A DNA stretch of 63,720 nt, filler included, from Lama guanicoe (GCA_013239625.1; 194 parts of 194 records of this genome joined end to end with filler, not necessarily neighbours in it), one strand, 5' to 3'; numbered from the whole stretch's first letter, positions 25,558 to 38,487 are shown. Notes: generated by a model from the sequence alone, not told the origin. Program-made: numbers and translations.

Positions 25558-25986
25558 NNNNNNNNNNNNNNNNNNNNNNNNNNNNNNNNNNNNNNNNNNN
25601 NTTAATTAATTAANNNNNNNNNNNNNNNNNNNNNNNNNNNNNNNNNNNNNNNNNNNNGTGTAACCCCAAGTAGATGCTCTGCTATAGATAAGAGCCTAAC
25701 AGAGCTGACAGGTTCAGCCTCCCTTCCCGCTCTTCAGCTCACCCGCCCCCCACACCCCCGTGGATGTGACACACAGAGTGTGAACGTGAGCCTAGAGCAG
25801 TGGGCCCTCTCGGAGGTGAGTGGAGTTCTTATCTAACACATGGTTTGCACGAATCTTTTTTTTCCTCCAGCTTCATTGAGATACAANNNNNNNNNNNNNN
25901 NNNNNNNNNNNNNNNNNNNNNNNNNNNNNNTTAATTAATTAANNNNNNNNNNNNNNNNNNNNNNNNNNNNNNNNNNNNNNNNNNNN

Positions 25987-26215
25987 TACTGGGATGAATG
26001 TGGGCATGCATATATTTTTTTAATTACTGGTTTTCATATTTTGAGGGTAAGTACCCAGAAGTGGAAAAGCTGGATCATATGGTAGTTCTATTCCTAATTT
26101 TTGGATGAATTTCCATGCTGTTCTCCATAGCAGCTGGATCAATTTACATTCCCACCAACAGTTCACGAGAGCTTCCTTTTCTCACATCCTTGCCAACACT
26201 TATTTCTTGTCTTTT
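25987..26215 (-). mobile_element. L1 ORF2 3' fragment; near-duplicate C1 (partner 28290-28518)
   Basis: 'gctggatcatatggtagttctatt...aatttacattcccaccaacag' is antisense L1. 6 substitutions versus the partner. Confidence 0.92.
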
Positions 26216-26315
26216 NNNNNNNNNNNNNNNNNNNNNNNNNNNNNNNNNNNNNNNNNNNNTTAATTAATTAANNNNNNNNNNNNNNNNNNNNNNNNNNNNN
26301 NNNNNNNNNNNNNNN

Positions 26316-26544
26316 AGAACGACCCCCGCCCCGGCTCTCCCCGCGTCCCGGCTTTCCCCGCGCGCCAGAGGCCACCTCCAGATCACACTGTACAGCCGCA
26401 GCCGAGATCGCCCCACGCACCGAGCCTCGACTTTCCCGGCGCGGCAAAGGCCGTCCCACGCCCCGGCTCTCCCCGCGCCACGGCTCTCCCCGCTAGGCCA
26501 AGGCCGCCCCCCACCACAGCTGTCACGCCGCAGCCGAGATCGCC
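26316..26544. repeat. CpG-rich tandem repeat, about 132-bp period
   Basis: CGCCCCGGCTCTCCCCGCG at 26327 and 26459, and GCCGCAGCCGAGATCGCC at 26395 and 26527. Confidence 0.8.
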
Positions 26545-27302
26545 NNNNNNNNNNNNNNNNNNNNNNNNNNNNNNNNNNNNNNNNNNNNTTAATTAATTAA
26601 NNNNNNNNNNNNNNNNNNNNNNNNNNNNNNNNNNNNNNNNNNNNGGCAGGTTGAGAGCTATGCACTAAAACTGTTTTGCTCTCTGAGCATCTAAAGATTT
26701 CAAGGCATCAGCTTCTGATTACTTTGCTTTTTGGTGAAATTGTTTCAATGACTGCTTTCTAAACTTTGAACCTAGAAACATTCACTTTTATCACTGGAAC
26801 CCTGGGAAACCCACCAGCAAGTTGCGACTGTCAGAATCTGTCCTGGTCCTGTCTCTCAGGGTTGGCAGGAGGANNNNNNNNNNNNNNNNNNNNNNNNNNN
26901 NNNNNNNNNNNNNNNNNTTAATTAATTAANNNNNNNNNNNNNNNNNNNNNNNNNNNNNNNNNNNNNNNNNNNNGCCCTAAGCCTGAGATCCAGGGAGGCT
27001 GATGTGCTTCTCATCAAGGGCAAGAGGGTGACTCCCAGTGCCCCCCCAGGGAGGAGGGGTTCCTCCATCCTCTGCCCTTTGCTTTTGTCAGGCCCCCAGG
27101 AATGGGATGCAGCCCATCCACACAGGAAGTACTGTCTGCTTCTCTGAGCCCCCGGGTCCAAAGGCTAATGCTCTCATGTAACGCCCCCGAAACCCACCGA
27201 AANNNNNNNNNNNNNNNNNNNNNNNNNNNNNNNNNNNNNNNNNNNNTTAATTAATTAANNNNNNNNNNNNNNNNNNNNNNNNNNNNNNNNNNNNNNNNNN
27301 NN

Positions 27303-27531
27303 ACTGGTCCTTTTAACCGTCATCTTTCTGTCATCATCCTGGCACATTCTCATCCTTTCTGTTCAAACTTGCTAGGCACCTCTCACTGTAGAGTCTGTGC
27401 AATGACTGTTCCCTCTATTTGGAATATTCTCCCATGTTGTCACATTCCTCACTGCAAGTCTCTACCCAAATGTCACCTTCTTAACAACTCTACTTTAAAC
27501 ATACTACTTAAAATTGCAACCCATTCCCCAA
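27303..27531 (+). mobile_element. L2 LINE remnant
   Basis: 'ctgttccctctatttggaatattctccc...aagtctctacccaaatgtcaccttct'. Confidence 0.7.
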
Positions 27532-28289
27532 NNNNNNNNNNNNNNNNNNNNNNNNNNNNNNNNNNNNNNNNNNNNTTAATTAATTAANNNNNNNNNNNNN
27601 NNNNNNNNNNNNNNNNNNNNNNNNNNNNNNNTCTTCCCCAGCACCACTGTTCCAAATGCCTGGGCTTCTGTCCGGCGACGAGGTGGAGAAGCCCTGGGGA
27701 GGCAGAGCAGTGCCCTGCTGTGGGAACAGGCTGGGGGCAACCTGGCCACACTGGATTTGGACGCTGGGCCCAACCCAGCCCACCAGTGGCCACACAGGCC
27801 ATTAGCAGGTGCAGTGAGGGCCCACAGGTGACAGCAACATGCTCAAGGTGTGTTTTAAGANNNNNNNNNNNNNNNNNNNNNNNNNNNNNNNNNNNNNNNN
27901 NNNNTTAATTAATTAANNNNNNNNNNNNNNNNNNNNNNNNNNNNNNNNNNNNNNNNNNNNAGATTAAAGGGATTGCTGGGCGATAGGCCAATCAGGTTTT
28001 TAATTTCAATACAAACTAATAAATTGAGCTTGATCCTCTTGGAAGAAATGATTTCCTGTAATCCCTTGAAACATGATTACTGCTGGATTATTTTTCTTAG
28101 GGCTCTAGACCCTATGACTCTCACTGGGGAAGAATAGCCGGCTTGGAAATGCATGTAGTGATTACACTGTAGACAAAGGAGTGGGAGCCNNNNNNNNNNN
28201 NNNNNNNNNNNNNNNNNNNNNNNNNNNNNNNNNTTAATTAATTAANNNNNNNNNNNNNNNNNNNNNNNNNNNNNNNNNNNNNNNNNNNN

Positions 28290-28518
28290 TACTGGGATGA
28301 ATGTGGGCATGCATATATTTTTTTAATTACTGGTTTTCGTATTTTGGGGGTAAGTACCCAGAAGTGAAAAAGCTGGATCATATGGTAGTTCTATTCCTAA
28401 TTTTTGGATGAGTTTCCATGCTGTTCTCCATAGCAGCTGGACCAATTTACATTCCCACCAACAGTTCAGGAGAGCTTCCTTTTCTCACATCCTTGCCAAC
28501 ACTTATTTCTTGTCTTTT
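28290..28518 (-). mobile_element. L1 ORF2 3' fragment; near-duplicate C2
   Basis: Aligns end to end with 25987-26215. Confidence 0.92.
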
Positions 28519-28947
28519 NNNNNNNNNNNNNNNNNNNNNNNNNNNNNNNNNNNNNNNNNNNNTTAATTAATTAANNNNNNNNNNNNNNNNNNNNNNNNNN
28601 NNNNNNNNNNNNNNNNNNAAAGGTTCTCACCCAGAGACAGAATATACAAAATAAATGAATAACCCCCCTGAGTCTTACTCTCTCCCCTCTGTAAGACAGT
28701 CCTCGCTCTGCACGTACCATATGAGCTGACACTCCCGCATACCTGAACTGTGTTTCTGCTTCGCGTGGTTCCCCATGAAAAGCGAAGAAAGGTTGCCCTG
28801 TCTACAAGTTTTCCACGAAATGTCTTGCTTAAAGAGCACCTTTGTCTNNNNNNNNNNNNNNNNNNNNNNNNNNNNNNNNNNNNNNNNNNNNTTAATTAAT
28901 TAANNNNNNNNNNNNNNNNNNNNNNNNNNNNNNNNNNNNNNNNNNNN

Positions 28948-29176
28948 TGTTGGGTTCATATACATTTACAAGTGCTATGCCTTTGTGTTGAACTGACTGA
29001 TCCCTTTATCATTATTGAATGCCCTACTTTGCCTTTTGTTACAGTCTTTGTTTTCAAGTCTATTTTGCCTGATATAAGTATTCACACCTCAGCTTTCTTT
29101 TCGTTTCTATTTGCATGGAACTCCTTTCCATTTTCTCCTTTCAGAGTGTATGTGTGTGCTTAGACCTGAAATGAGT
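28948..29176 (-). mobile_element. L1 ORF2 endonuclease fragment
   Basis: 'gatccctttatcattat...aagtctattttgcctgatataagtatt...ctatttgcatggaa' is antisense L1 endonuclease sequence. Confidence 0.88.
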
Positions 29177-30045
29177 NNNNNNNNNNNNNNNNNNNNNNNN
29201 NNNNNNNNNNNNNNNNNNNNTTAATTAATTAANNNNNNNNNNNNNNNNNNNNNNNNNNNNNNNNNNNNNNNNNNNNTCATCTGAACAATTCAGAAGGGAC
29301 AATCTGCCCTTCGGGAAAAGCGGGTACGGCAGCCCCGGGGCTCGGTTCTCTAGTGGCTGCTGACAGCGTGCCCACTGGGGAACTGCCTGCTTCTTCATTT
29401 TGAACTTTTGAGTGCCCTTGTTGCCCATACCTGCTGGCCTCAGGGTAAGCCTGGGTTTGGGAGCCCGCTGGGTTCTGTTTTATCTGCTCCGCGTTAGCAG
29501 TACCANNNNNNNNNNNNNNNNNNNNNNNNNNNNNNNNNNNNNNNNNNNNTTAATTAATTAANNNNNNNNNNNNNNNNNNNNNNNNNNNNNNNNNNNNNNN
29601 NNNNNAAAAAAAAAAAAAAAAGATTGTAGTGATAAAATCACATAAATTAGGGATGGAAAAACATTTTAGACTTTGGCCAATTTCAGGCTGATATGTGGGC
29701 TGTTTATTGTCCTTTTTATTTTTCAGAGATGACACAGTTAATGGTAATGTTCTCCAACAGTGTGAGAATGGTTTTTCCTTAAACTTTTCTGCAAAGATAT
29801 TCTTTGGAAAAATAAAGTCTGTCCTGGAGCTTTCNNNNNNNNNNNNNNNNNNNNNNNNNNNNNNNNNNNNNNNNNNNNTTAATTAATTAANNNNNNNNNN
29901 NNNNNNNNNNNNNNNNNNNNNNNNNNNNNNNNNNGCCTTTCTCAATCTCGCGGTCCTCCAGAGGACACCTCTGTGTTCATGCTTCATCAAGACCTGGCAG
30001 AGGCCTCCCAGATCCTGCTGACGTGGGGTAGGAGGAAGACACCTT

Positions 30046-30163
30046 CTAGGCCTGAGCTGCCCAATATGGCCGCCACGAGCCACAGGGGGCTCCTGCGCAC
30101 TTGAAATGTGGATTGTGGGACTGAGGAAATAAGGTCTCAATTTTAACCAATTTTAATTAATGT
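30046..30163. mobile_element. MER3/MER33-like hAT-Charlie remnant
   Basis: 'gctgcccaatatggccgccacgagccaca...gcacttgaaatgtgg'. Confidence 0.65.
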
Positions 30164-30273
30164 NNNNNNNNNNNNNNNNNNNNNNNNNNNNNNNNNNNNN
30201 NNNNNNNTTAATTAATTAANNNNNNNNNNNNNNNNNNNNNNNNNNNNNNNNNNNNNNNNNNNNTGGAAGGTAT

Positions 30274-30492
30274 TGTGAGTGAAAAATGTTGCCTGCCGTA
30301 TCAGTAAACAAAAGATGTTGCAGCCATCAAGCCATCGCATAAGAGCCACGCCCCATGATGAGCCCTGAGGGAATTCGAACTCTGGATGGAAACAGGATGC
30401 CCCTATCAAATTCTCAGCCACTGTGGCCATCCCCAGTGGTGCGCCCTGGGAGACTCAGGATGGAAAGCACAGAAGACTGGCCCTAGACAGCT
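30274..30492 (+). mobile_element. ERV LTR 5' end
   Basis: Begins TG(TGAGTGAAAAATGTTGCCTGCC..TCAGTAAACAAA..GATGTTGCAGCCATCAAGCC), resembling a recalled cetartiodactyl LTR family. Confidence 0.6.
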
Positions 30493-32237
30493 NNNNNNNN
30501 NNNNNNNNNNNNNNNNNNNNNNNNNNNNNNNNNNNNTTAATTAATTAANNNNNNNNNNNNNNNNNNNNNNNNNNNNNNNNNNNNNNNNNNNNTTAAAGAT
30601 TTAGATCATCATTCTAAGTGAAGTAAGCCAGAAAGAAAGAAAAATGATGTAAGATATCACTTGTATGTAGAATCAAATGATTCAATTTTATGGCTAGGAT
30701 ACCAGATTACTTAAAGTTGTATCTCTTTTCTACTGTGGTTTTTGTTTGAAAAACCACTACAATGACAAATCTCTAGAAAAGAGTATATTGAGTAAGAATA
30801 AAAACTGTACATTGAGAATTTNNNNNNNNNNNNNNNNNNNNNNNNNNNNNNNNNNNNNNNNNNNNTTAATTAATTAANNNNNNNNNNNNNNNNNNNNNNN
30901 NNNNNNNNNNNNNNNNNNNNNATGCTGAATTAAAATGTACAATATACATGTGTAGCTAAAATTAGTGATGTGGCATAGTAAATCAATGACATAATCACGT
31001 CTTCTGAACTTGATACTGCAATATTCACTATATGGTCCAACTTGCTGTTTTACCCAAATTAAAAACTCTATGAATTTTATCTTTGGCTCATTAGTTTGAT
31101 GTTAAAAGAATTTTGAAACTAATTTTATTAAATTTTGAGTAGTGAGTCCANNNNNNNNNNNNNNNNNNNNNNNNNNNNNNNNNNNNNNNNNNNNTTAATT
31201 AATTAANNNNNNNNNNNNNNNNNNNNNNNNNNNNNNNNNNNNNNNNNNNNTTCTAAGACATGAAATTGTTGTTCCTTGTGAAAGCTAATGTGTACAGTGG
31301 GAATCCTGCTGCAACTGCAGGCACTTATCTCTGAGATTCCTGAAGTGTTCATTGAAACAGCATCTTTCAAGTTCTGAGGAGATGTTCCTTTTTCTGATAT
31401 CTTCACACAGGATAGAAACAAAGCATGTAATAAGATTTCAATGAAAACTCAGGGTGATATGCTTAAAAAGCGTAACTTTNNNNNNNNNNNNNNNNNNNNN
31501 NNNNNNNNNNNNNNNNNNNNNNNTTAATTAATTAANNNNNNNNNNNNNNNNNNNNNNNNNNNNNNNNNNNNNNNNNNNNGTGCATTTTCAGAGCCGTGTC
31601 ATCTCGTCTGCAAGGCCGAGGCTTCCATTCGACGCTTTCAAATGTGAGTCACAATGAGCGGTGCCTTGCTGCCCCCCACCAGCAGCTTCGGGGAACGGGG
31701 TCTGGGTGACCCCCCCCAGCTAACGTCTCCTGTTTTCAGTTTGCAGAATGGTGTCTAATGCATACATATATATATGGCTTCCGATCCAAGATTGTTTCTT
31801 ATGAAAAANNNNNNNNNNNNNNNNNNNNNNNNNNNNNNNNNNNNNNNNNNNNTTAATTAATTAANNNNNNNNNNNNNNNNNNNNNNNNNNNNNNNNNNNN
31901 NNNNNNNNTTTCCGCTGCTGTATAACTAGACCCTGACATACAATAATTGCTCAATAATAATTGCTTTTAATGAATGAATAATAAATGAATGAATGCAAGC
32001 ATTTAAAGTAAGGAAAAAACCATATATGAAAACAGACAATTAAGTTTGAATTATAAACAACATTACAGCGACATAAAAATATGAAGTCAGACTAGGAATA
32101 GACTTACCATATGACCCAGTAATCCCACTCCTGGGAANNNNNNNNNNNNNNNNNNNNNNNNNNNNNNNNNNNNNNNNNNNNTTAATTAATTAANNNNNNN
32201 NNNNNNNNNNNNNNNNNNNNNNNNNNNNNNNNNNNNN

Positions 32238-32440
32238 TTTGATGTAGCCCTCATGTGTTAATTTTTGCCTATGTTGCTTTTGGCTGAGGAGATATGTCCA
32301 AAAAATTATTACTAAGATCAACGTCAAAGAGCATACTGCTTATGTTTTCGTTAAGAAGTTTTATGGCTTCAGGTCTTACTTTTAAGACTTTCATCCATTT
32401 TAGGTTTATTTTTGTACATGGTGTGAGAAAGTAACTGCTT
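32238..32440 (-). mobile_element. L1 ORF2 fragment
   Basis: The minus strand reads LTPCTKINLKWMKVLKVRPEAIKLLNENI..L.D...N.FLD.SP, an L1 ORF2 C-terminal motif. Confidence 0.93.
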
Positions 32441-32895
32441 TTTATTAAGTCACACATTAGAACAATNNNNNNNNNNNNNNNNNNNNNNNNNNNNNNNNNN
32501 NNNNNNNNNNTTAATTAATTAANNNNNNNNNNNNNNNNNNNNNNNNNNNNNNNNNNNNNNNNNNNNGGTATCGCTTTGCACCTCCTTTCCCAAGTGGGAA
32601 ATGGGAATACCATCTTCTAGTAAGATGTAGGTCCTGAGCCCAGTGCCTACCTATGGTAAATATTGAATAACTATAGCTATAGTTGGTATAGATGAAGATC
32701 TTTTTAGAAAAAATGATCACTTGTTTTGGCTAAACAATGTTCAAATGAAGGATTTATTGACCCACTTTTAATTTCTGTGAATATATCTTTGTGTANNNNN
32801 NNNNNNNNNNNNNNNNNNNNNNNNNNNNNNNNNNNNNNNTTAATTAATTAANNNNNNNNNNNNNNNNNNNNNNNNNNNNNNNNNNNNNNNNNNNN

Positions 32896-33124
32896 TTGGG
32901 AGGAAAACGCAGGTTAAAGCCACAGGGAGGCACCACCCCGCGCGCGCCGCAGTGGTGAAAACACAGCCCGTGACGCAGCGCGTGTCGGTGAGGACGCGGG
33001 GCCCTGGGATGCCCGACCACGGCTGGGAGGGCAAACCTAAAGCCGCTTAGAGCAACGCCTGCGTAGCACCTCCTAACGGTGGACACACACCTGCTGTACG
33101 ACCCAGCAGTTCCGCTCCCAGGTA
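32896..33124 (+). mobile_element. Old L1 ORF2 3' fragment, strongly GC-shifted
   Basis: 'aggaaaacgcaggttaaagccaca..gaggcaccac' and 'tacgacccagcagttccgctcccaggta' correspond to L1 'gaaatgcaaattaaaaccacaatgagataccac' and 'tatgacccagcaattccactcctaggta'. Confidence 0.7.
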
Positions 33125-33314
33125 NNNNNNNNNNNNNNNNNNNNNNNNNNNNNNNNNNNNNNNNNNNNTTAATTAATTAANNNNNNNNNNNNNNNNNNNN
33201 NNNNNNNNNNNNNNNNNNNNNNNNACTCTAATTTAGTTAGTTTTGCAGAGAATTTCTAACCTGGGAGACTAAAAGATTTGGGATTTTTTTCCCCCTCACT
33301 CATATTTGGTGATC

Positions 33315-33453
33315 CAGTTGATCCTTGAACAACATAGGTTTGAATGGCAAAGATCCTCTTATTGGCAGATTTTTTTTTTCAATAGTAGATATTACAGGAC
33401 TCCGCAATCCTTGGTTGGTTGAATATGAGGATGAGGAACCATGCGTATGGAGG
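33315..33453. mobile_element. Tigger2/MER8-like Tc1-mariner DNA transposon end
   Basis: Terminal sequence CAGTTGATCCTTGAACAACA..GGTTTGAA. Confidence 0.75.
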
Positions 33454-33882
33454 NNNNNNNNNNNNNNNNNNNNNNNNNNNNNNNNNNNNNNNNNNNNTTA
33501 ATTAATTAANNNNNNNNNNNNNNNNNNNNNNNNNNNNNNNNNNNNNNNNNNNNGTAGGAAAAGCATCAAAACCCCGCTTCCTGGGATGTGGTGAATTTCT
33601 CAAAGTCCTTCAATCTGTGTGTTGAGAACACTGTTCTCTTTGATAACAAATATCCCAGAACGGGAGATGACATTATCGCCAGACAAGTAGATTTACTTTG
33701 GGTAAATGGCACGTGTCCGTGGCCAGGAGCGCGGTGGGACTGCACACCACCTGGTCCTATGCCATCTCTACCAGGACTCCCCNNNNNNNNNNNNNNNNNN
33801 NNNNNNNNNNNNNNNNNNNNNNNNNNTTAATTAATTAANNNNNNNNNNNNNNNNNNNNNNNNNNNNNNNNNNNNNNNNNNNN

Positions 33883-34111
33883 ATTTATGGTGCTCCGAAG
33901 TGATTTTCTAGCAACTTTGGAGTCATACATATGAAATGAGAATGCAGGTGGATATTGCCTTTCATTTTGGGGTCAGTGTTTAAAAAGCGAAGGAACTTGG
34001 GGTAAACAAGCAGTTGGTATATAGAAGGATTTCTGGAGCATCATTTATGAAATCAGAAAAATAGACATGTGGCAGGAGGTGGAGGGCAATTTGCAAGACT
34101 AAAAAGAATGT
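33883..34111 (-). repeat. Near-duplicate contig A2 (reverse complement of 5263-5491)
   Basis: The reverse complement aligns end to end with 6 substitutions. Confidence 0.95.
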
Positions 34112-36514
34112 NNNNNNNNNNNNNNNNNNNNNNNNNNNNNNNNNNNNNNNNNNNNTTAATTAATTAANNNNNNNNNNNNNNNNNNNNNNNNNNNNNNNNN
34201 NNNNNNNNNNNAGGGGGCATTAGGACAACATCTGCAGCTTTTAGCTTTAAAAAAAAAAAATGCTGCCTGTAAGGGTGAAGCAATTGAAATGTGCTGATCT
34301 CCAGAGTGTGACTAAGAAAGAGGAAGGTTAATGCAGATTTATTCTGGGACCCAATCCTGGCTTCATGAGCATTGGACATAGGGTCTTGATGAGAGCTTTC
34401 TTCCAAATGAATTCAAATAAAGTTTTAATTTTAACATGCANNNNNNNNNNNNNNNNNNNNNNNNNNNNNNNNNNNNNNNNNNNNTTAATTAATTAANNNN
34501 NNNNNNNNNNNNNNNNNNNNNNNNNNNNNNNNNNNNNNNNTCTTTCCCTTAAAGAAGAACATCCAAATCATATAAGCTTTAGACTTAACAAACTGTCAGG
34601 TGTTTTGGGGAGAACACTGTTACCTTTCTCCCCAGCTCTTTAACTCATGTTTCGCTAGGGGAAGAGTAACTTACCTAATTGGTAAATAGCTGAACGGGTC
34701 ACTGCACATGTGTGGCCTGACTTTTTTAGCCCTCTCATTCAAATCTGTCTGCCCACAGTAGTAAGCCTTNNNNNNNNNNNNNNNNNNNNNNNNNNNNNNN
34801 NNNNNNNNNNNNNTTAATTAATTAANNNNNNNNNNNNNNNNNNNNNNNNNNNNNNNNNNNNNNNNNNNNGTAGCACTAAGTTCCCTGAAAAGTGTCTTTA
34901 GTGACATACAGCCCTAACGACCTTTCCATAAGAAAACAAACTCCACCTGTTGGGACTAGCAAATAACCCCCAAGAACTTTCACAGATTGTACAAATCCCA
35001 TTAGAAAAGTATTTCTTGACAAAATCGATTGTGTCCTTCTCTCTAAAAATAACTTTGTTCGCTCATGATTTCCGTTTCAGATGTTTCATGAAGGAGAGNN
35101 NNNNNNNNNNNNNNNNNNNNNNNNNNNNNNNNNNNNNNNNNNTTAATTAATTAANNNNNNNNNNNNNNNNNNNNNNNNNNNNNNNNNNNNNNNNNNNNAC
35201 TTAAATAAAATGGATATATAAGAATGATAGGGGTTATCCCCTTGCATTCTTAGATCTCTAAGGGGAGCCTGATCTCTGGAGCTCCCCTGGAATAAAACAC
35301 TATTCTGGATTTACCATCCTGGCCAGGTGTGGAGGGTTGGTAGTTTCAGATGCTTAAATGTGAGGAGGTAGATAAAATTATAAGCCAAGGACACTATGTA
35401 GGGGGACTCCAACAGCAAATTATGTCTNNNNNNNNNNNNNNNNNNNNNNNNNNNNNNNNNNNNNNNNNNNNTTAATTAATTAANNNNNNNNNNNNNNNNN
35501 NNNNNNNNNNNNNNNNNNNNNNNNNNNTTTTTTGGATGGGGAGGAAGGAAGGAAAGAAAGAAACTTAGAAGTAAATATACCAAAATGTTAACATGATTAA
35601 TTCTACAAGGTGGAAACCTGTACATTTGTTAGTCCTTTGAAATATTCTCCAGAATTGGTGAACGGGGAAAACACCATCTCAGACCATCAGGTAGGAACCA
35701 AGACCACACAAGACCTCAGGGTGAGACCCTTGGAGCAGAGAAAATTCCTGGACCAGNNNNNNNNNNNNNNNNNNNNNNNNNNNNNNNNNNNNNNNNNNNN
35801 TTAATTAATTAANNNNNNNNNNNNNNNNNNNNNNNNNNNNNNNNNNNNNNNNNNNNCATGATTTCTACAAAAACCTTTGCAATCCCCTTTGATCATTCTT
35901 CCCCTTCTGGGACATCTCTCATGCCAGGAATGGCATGATATCTATTATCCCATAGTTCCCTTATGCTTTTTTAATTTGTTGCTCATTGTTTCTCTTGCAG
36001 GTCTTCTGACTTGGTTCTTTCTATTGTCCAGTCTCGTAAGTCACTAATTCATTCCTCTGCATTATCTAGTCAGCTTTGCTACAACNNNNNNNNNNNNNNN
36101 NNNNNNNNNNNNNNNNNNNNNNNNNNNNNTTAATTAATTAANNNNNNNNNNNNNNNNNNNNNNNNNNNNNNNNNNNNNNNNNNNNGTACATCAACTATAT
36201 TTAAACAATAACAGAAAGATATTAACAATCACAGCCCTTCATGTGTAAAGCAGATGAGGACTGTGTAGGGGTAAGTGACAGTGCAATGTCTGCAATGTCT
36301 GTTTCTGTTCCCCTAAAATCTACATATTTTTCTAAATTGAAGTACGGTCAATTACAATGTGTCAGTCTCTGGTGTACAGCGCAATGTCTCAGTCATGCAT
36401 ATGCATATGTATATNNNNNNNNNNNNNNNNNNNNNNNNNNNNNNNNNNNNNNNNNNNNTTAATTAATTAANNNNNNNNNNNNNNNNNNNNNNNNNNNNNN
36501 NNNNNNNNNNNNNN

Positions 36515-36743
36515 GACAGTTTTACTTCTTTTCCAATTTGGATTCCCTTTATTTCTTTTTCTTCTGTGATTACTGTGGCTAAGACTTCCAAAGCTGTGTT
36601 GCATAAAAATGGCAAGAGTGGGCATTCCTTGTCTTATTCCTGATCTTAGAGGAAATGCTTTCAGCTTTTCATCATCAAATATGTTAGCTGCGGGTTTGTC
36701 ATATATGGCCTTTATTATGTTGAGGTATGTTCTGTCTGTGCCC
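36515..36743 (-). mobile_element. L1 ORF2 reverse transcriptase fragment
   Basis: The minus strand reads [18 protein letters not shown].., the L1 RT motif. Confidence 0.92.
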
Positions 36744-36843
36744 NNNNNNNNNNNNNNNNNNNNNNNNNNNNNNNNNNNNNNNNNNNNTTAATTAATTAAN
36801 NNNNNNNNNNNNNNNNNNNNNNNNNNNNNNNNNNNNNNNNNNN

Positions 36844-37071
36844 ATAAATTTGGGAGTTTGAGATTTGCAAATGTTAGCCACAATATATAAAAGTATATAA
36901 AAACAAATTTCTTATGTAAAGCACAGGGAACTATATTCAATATCTTGTAATAACATTTATGAAAAAGAACACGAAAAAAATGTATGTATATGTGTGTGTG
37001 TGTATGTGTGTGTGTGTGTGTGTGTGCATGACTGGGACATTATGCTGTACACCAGAAATTGACACATTGTA
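36844..37071 (+). mobile_element. L1 3' UTR with internal (TG)n microsatellite (36981-37026)
   Basis: 'gcacagggaactatattcaatatcttgta...tgctgtacaccagaaattgacacattgta'. Confidence 0.9.
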
Positions 37072-38487
37072 NNNNNNNNNNNNNNNNNNNNNNNNNNNNN
37101 NNNNNNNNNNNNNNNTTAATTAATTAANNNNNNNNNNNNNNNNNNNNNNNNNNNNNNNNNNNNNNNNNNNNTTTTATTTTATTTTTCACATGCATTCCTT
37201 CATTCGCTAATTAAAGCAAATTTTTTTTTCCTCATCCAAGGATTAATGCCATTCTACCAGTTATGATCGGAAAGCGGAGAGTGGATGGGGTGGCTCTGGG
37301 AGCTGAAGGCCTCTAGCATGTCTTCAGTCCCACTGATTCCCCTCTGAAATCTGTGAGCGAGGCGTTGGCACCCTTTCCACAGATGGGGAGTTGTGAGGCC
37401 NNNNNNNNNNNNNNNNNNNNNNNNNNNNNNNNNNNNNNNNNNNNTTAATTAATTAANNNNNNNNNNNNNNNNNNNNNNNNNNNNNNNNNNNNNNNNNNNN
37501 AAAAAAAACAAAAGCAATGTACCTGTTTGTCATGTGAAGGTGGTTAAAACCCCGGGGAGTTCAAAACTCTGAGGGGCACCTCTGGATGGATGCTGCCTTT
37601 GTTTGCCGGAGGCTCCAAATTGCAAAATTATCAGCTGCAATTTTCCTCAACAGCTGGAAGATTTGAGCATCATAAATTGGAGCACATAGTTCTAATAAAC
37701 CTTAATTGGGGGCAAAAAAAGTCTAACACNNNNNNNNNNNNNNNNNNNNNNNNNNNNNNNNNNNNNNNNNNNNTTAATTAATTAANNNNNNNNNNNNNNN
37801 NNNNNNNNNNNNNNNNNNNNNNNNNNNNNCGCTTTCCTTATTATGTCCTAAAACAGGGCCACTTGTCTGAGAACTTCTAAGGGGTCTTCTGCTCCACGGC
37901 GGTGTGATCTACCAGTCTTGTTAATATGAAAACATTCTTTTTACTTTAAAATTTTTTTTAATTGAGGTGTGACCGGCATAACATTATATGAGCTGGAGGT
38001 GTGTTTGTGTCTGTTGCAAAATGGTCGCCACAGTCAGTGCAGCTCCCGTTCATCTCCCNNNNNNNNNNNNNNNNNNNNNNNNNNNNNNNNNNNNNNNNNN
38101 NNTTAATTAATTAANNNNNNNNNNNNNNNNNNNNNNNNNNNNNNNNNNNNNNNNNNNNCTCATTTTACAGGTGGGAACACCGAGGGTCAGGAAAGTTGAG
38201 AGATGAGCGGTTTGCCGTCACTGCTGGGAAAAGTGCGGGAGGAAGGGGTTTAACTTCAGGATGCAGTTTTAAGTCAGATTGGTGCGGCAAGTAGACCTCG
38301 GGACAGGTCATGGAAGGGAGACAGAATTGGCTCCTCTAGTATATGAGGTCCTGAAGGTGTAAGCACCTGGCGGGAGGGCAGGGGGACNNNNNNNNNNNNN
38401 NNNNNNNNNNNNNNNNNNNNNNNNNNNNNNNTTAATTAATTAANNNNNNNNNNNNNNNNNNNNNNNNNNNNNNNNNNNNNNNNNNNN

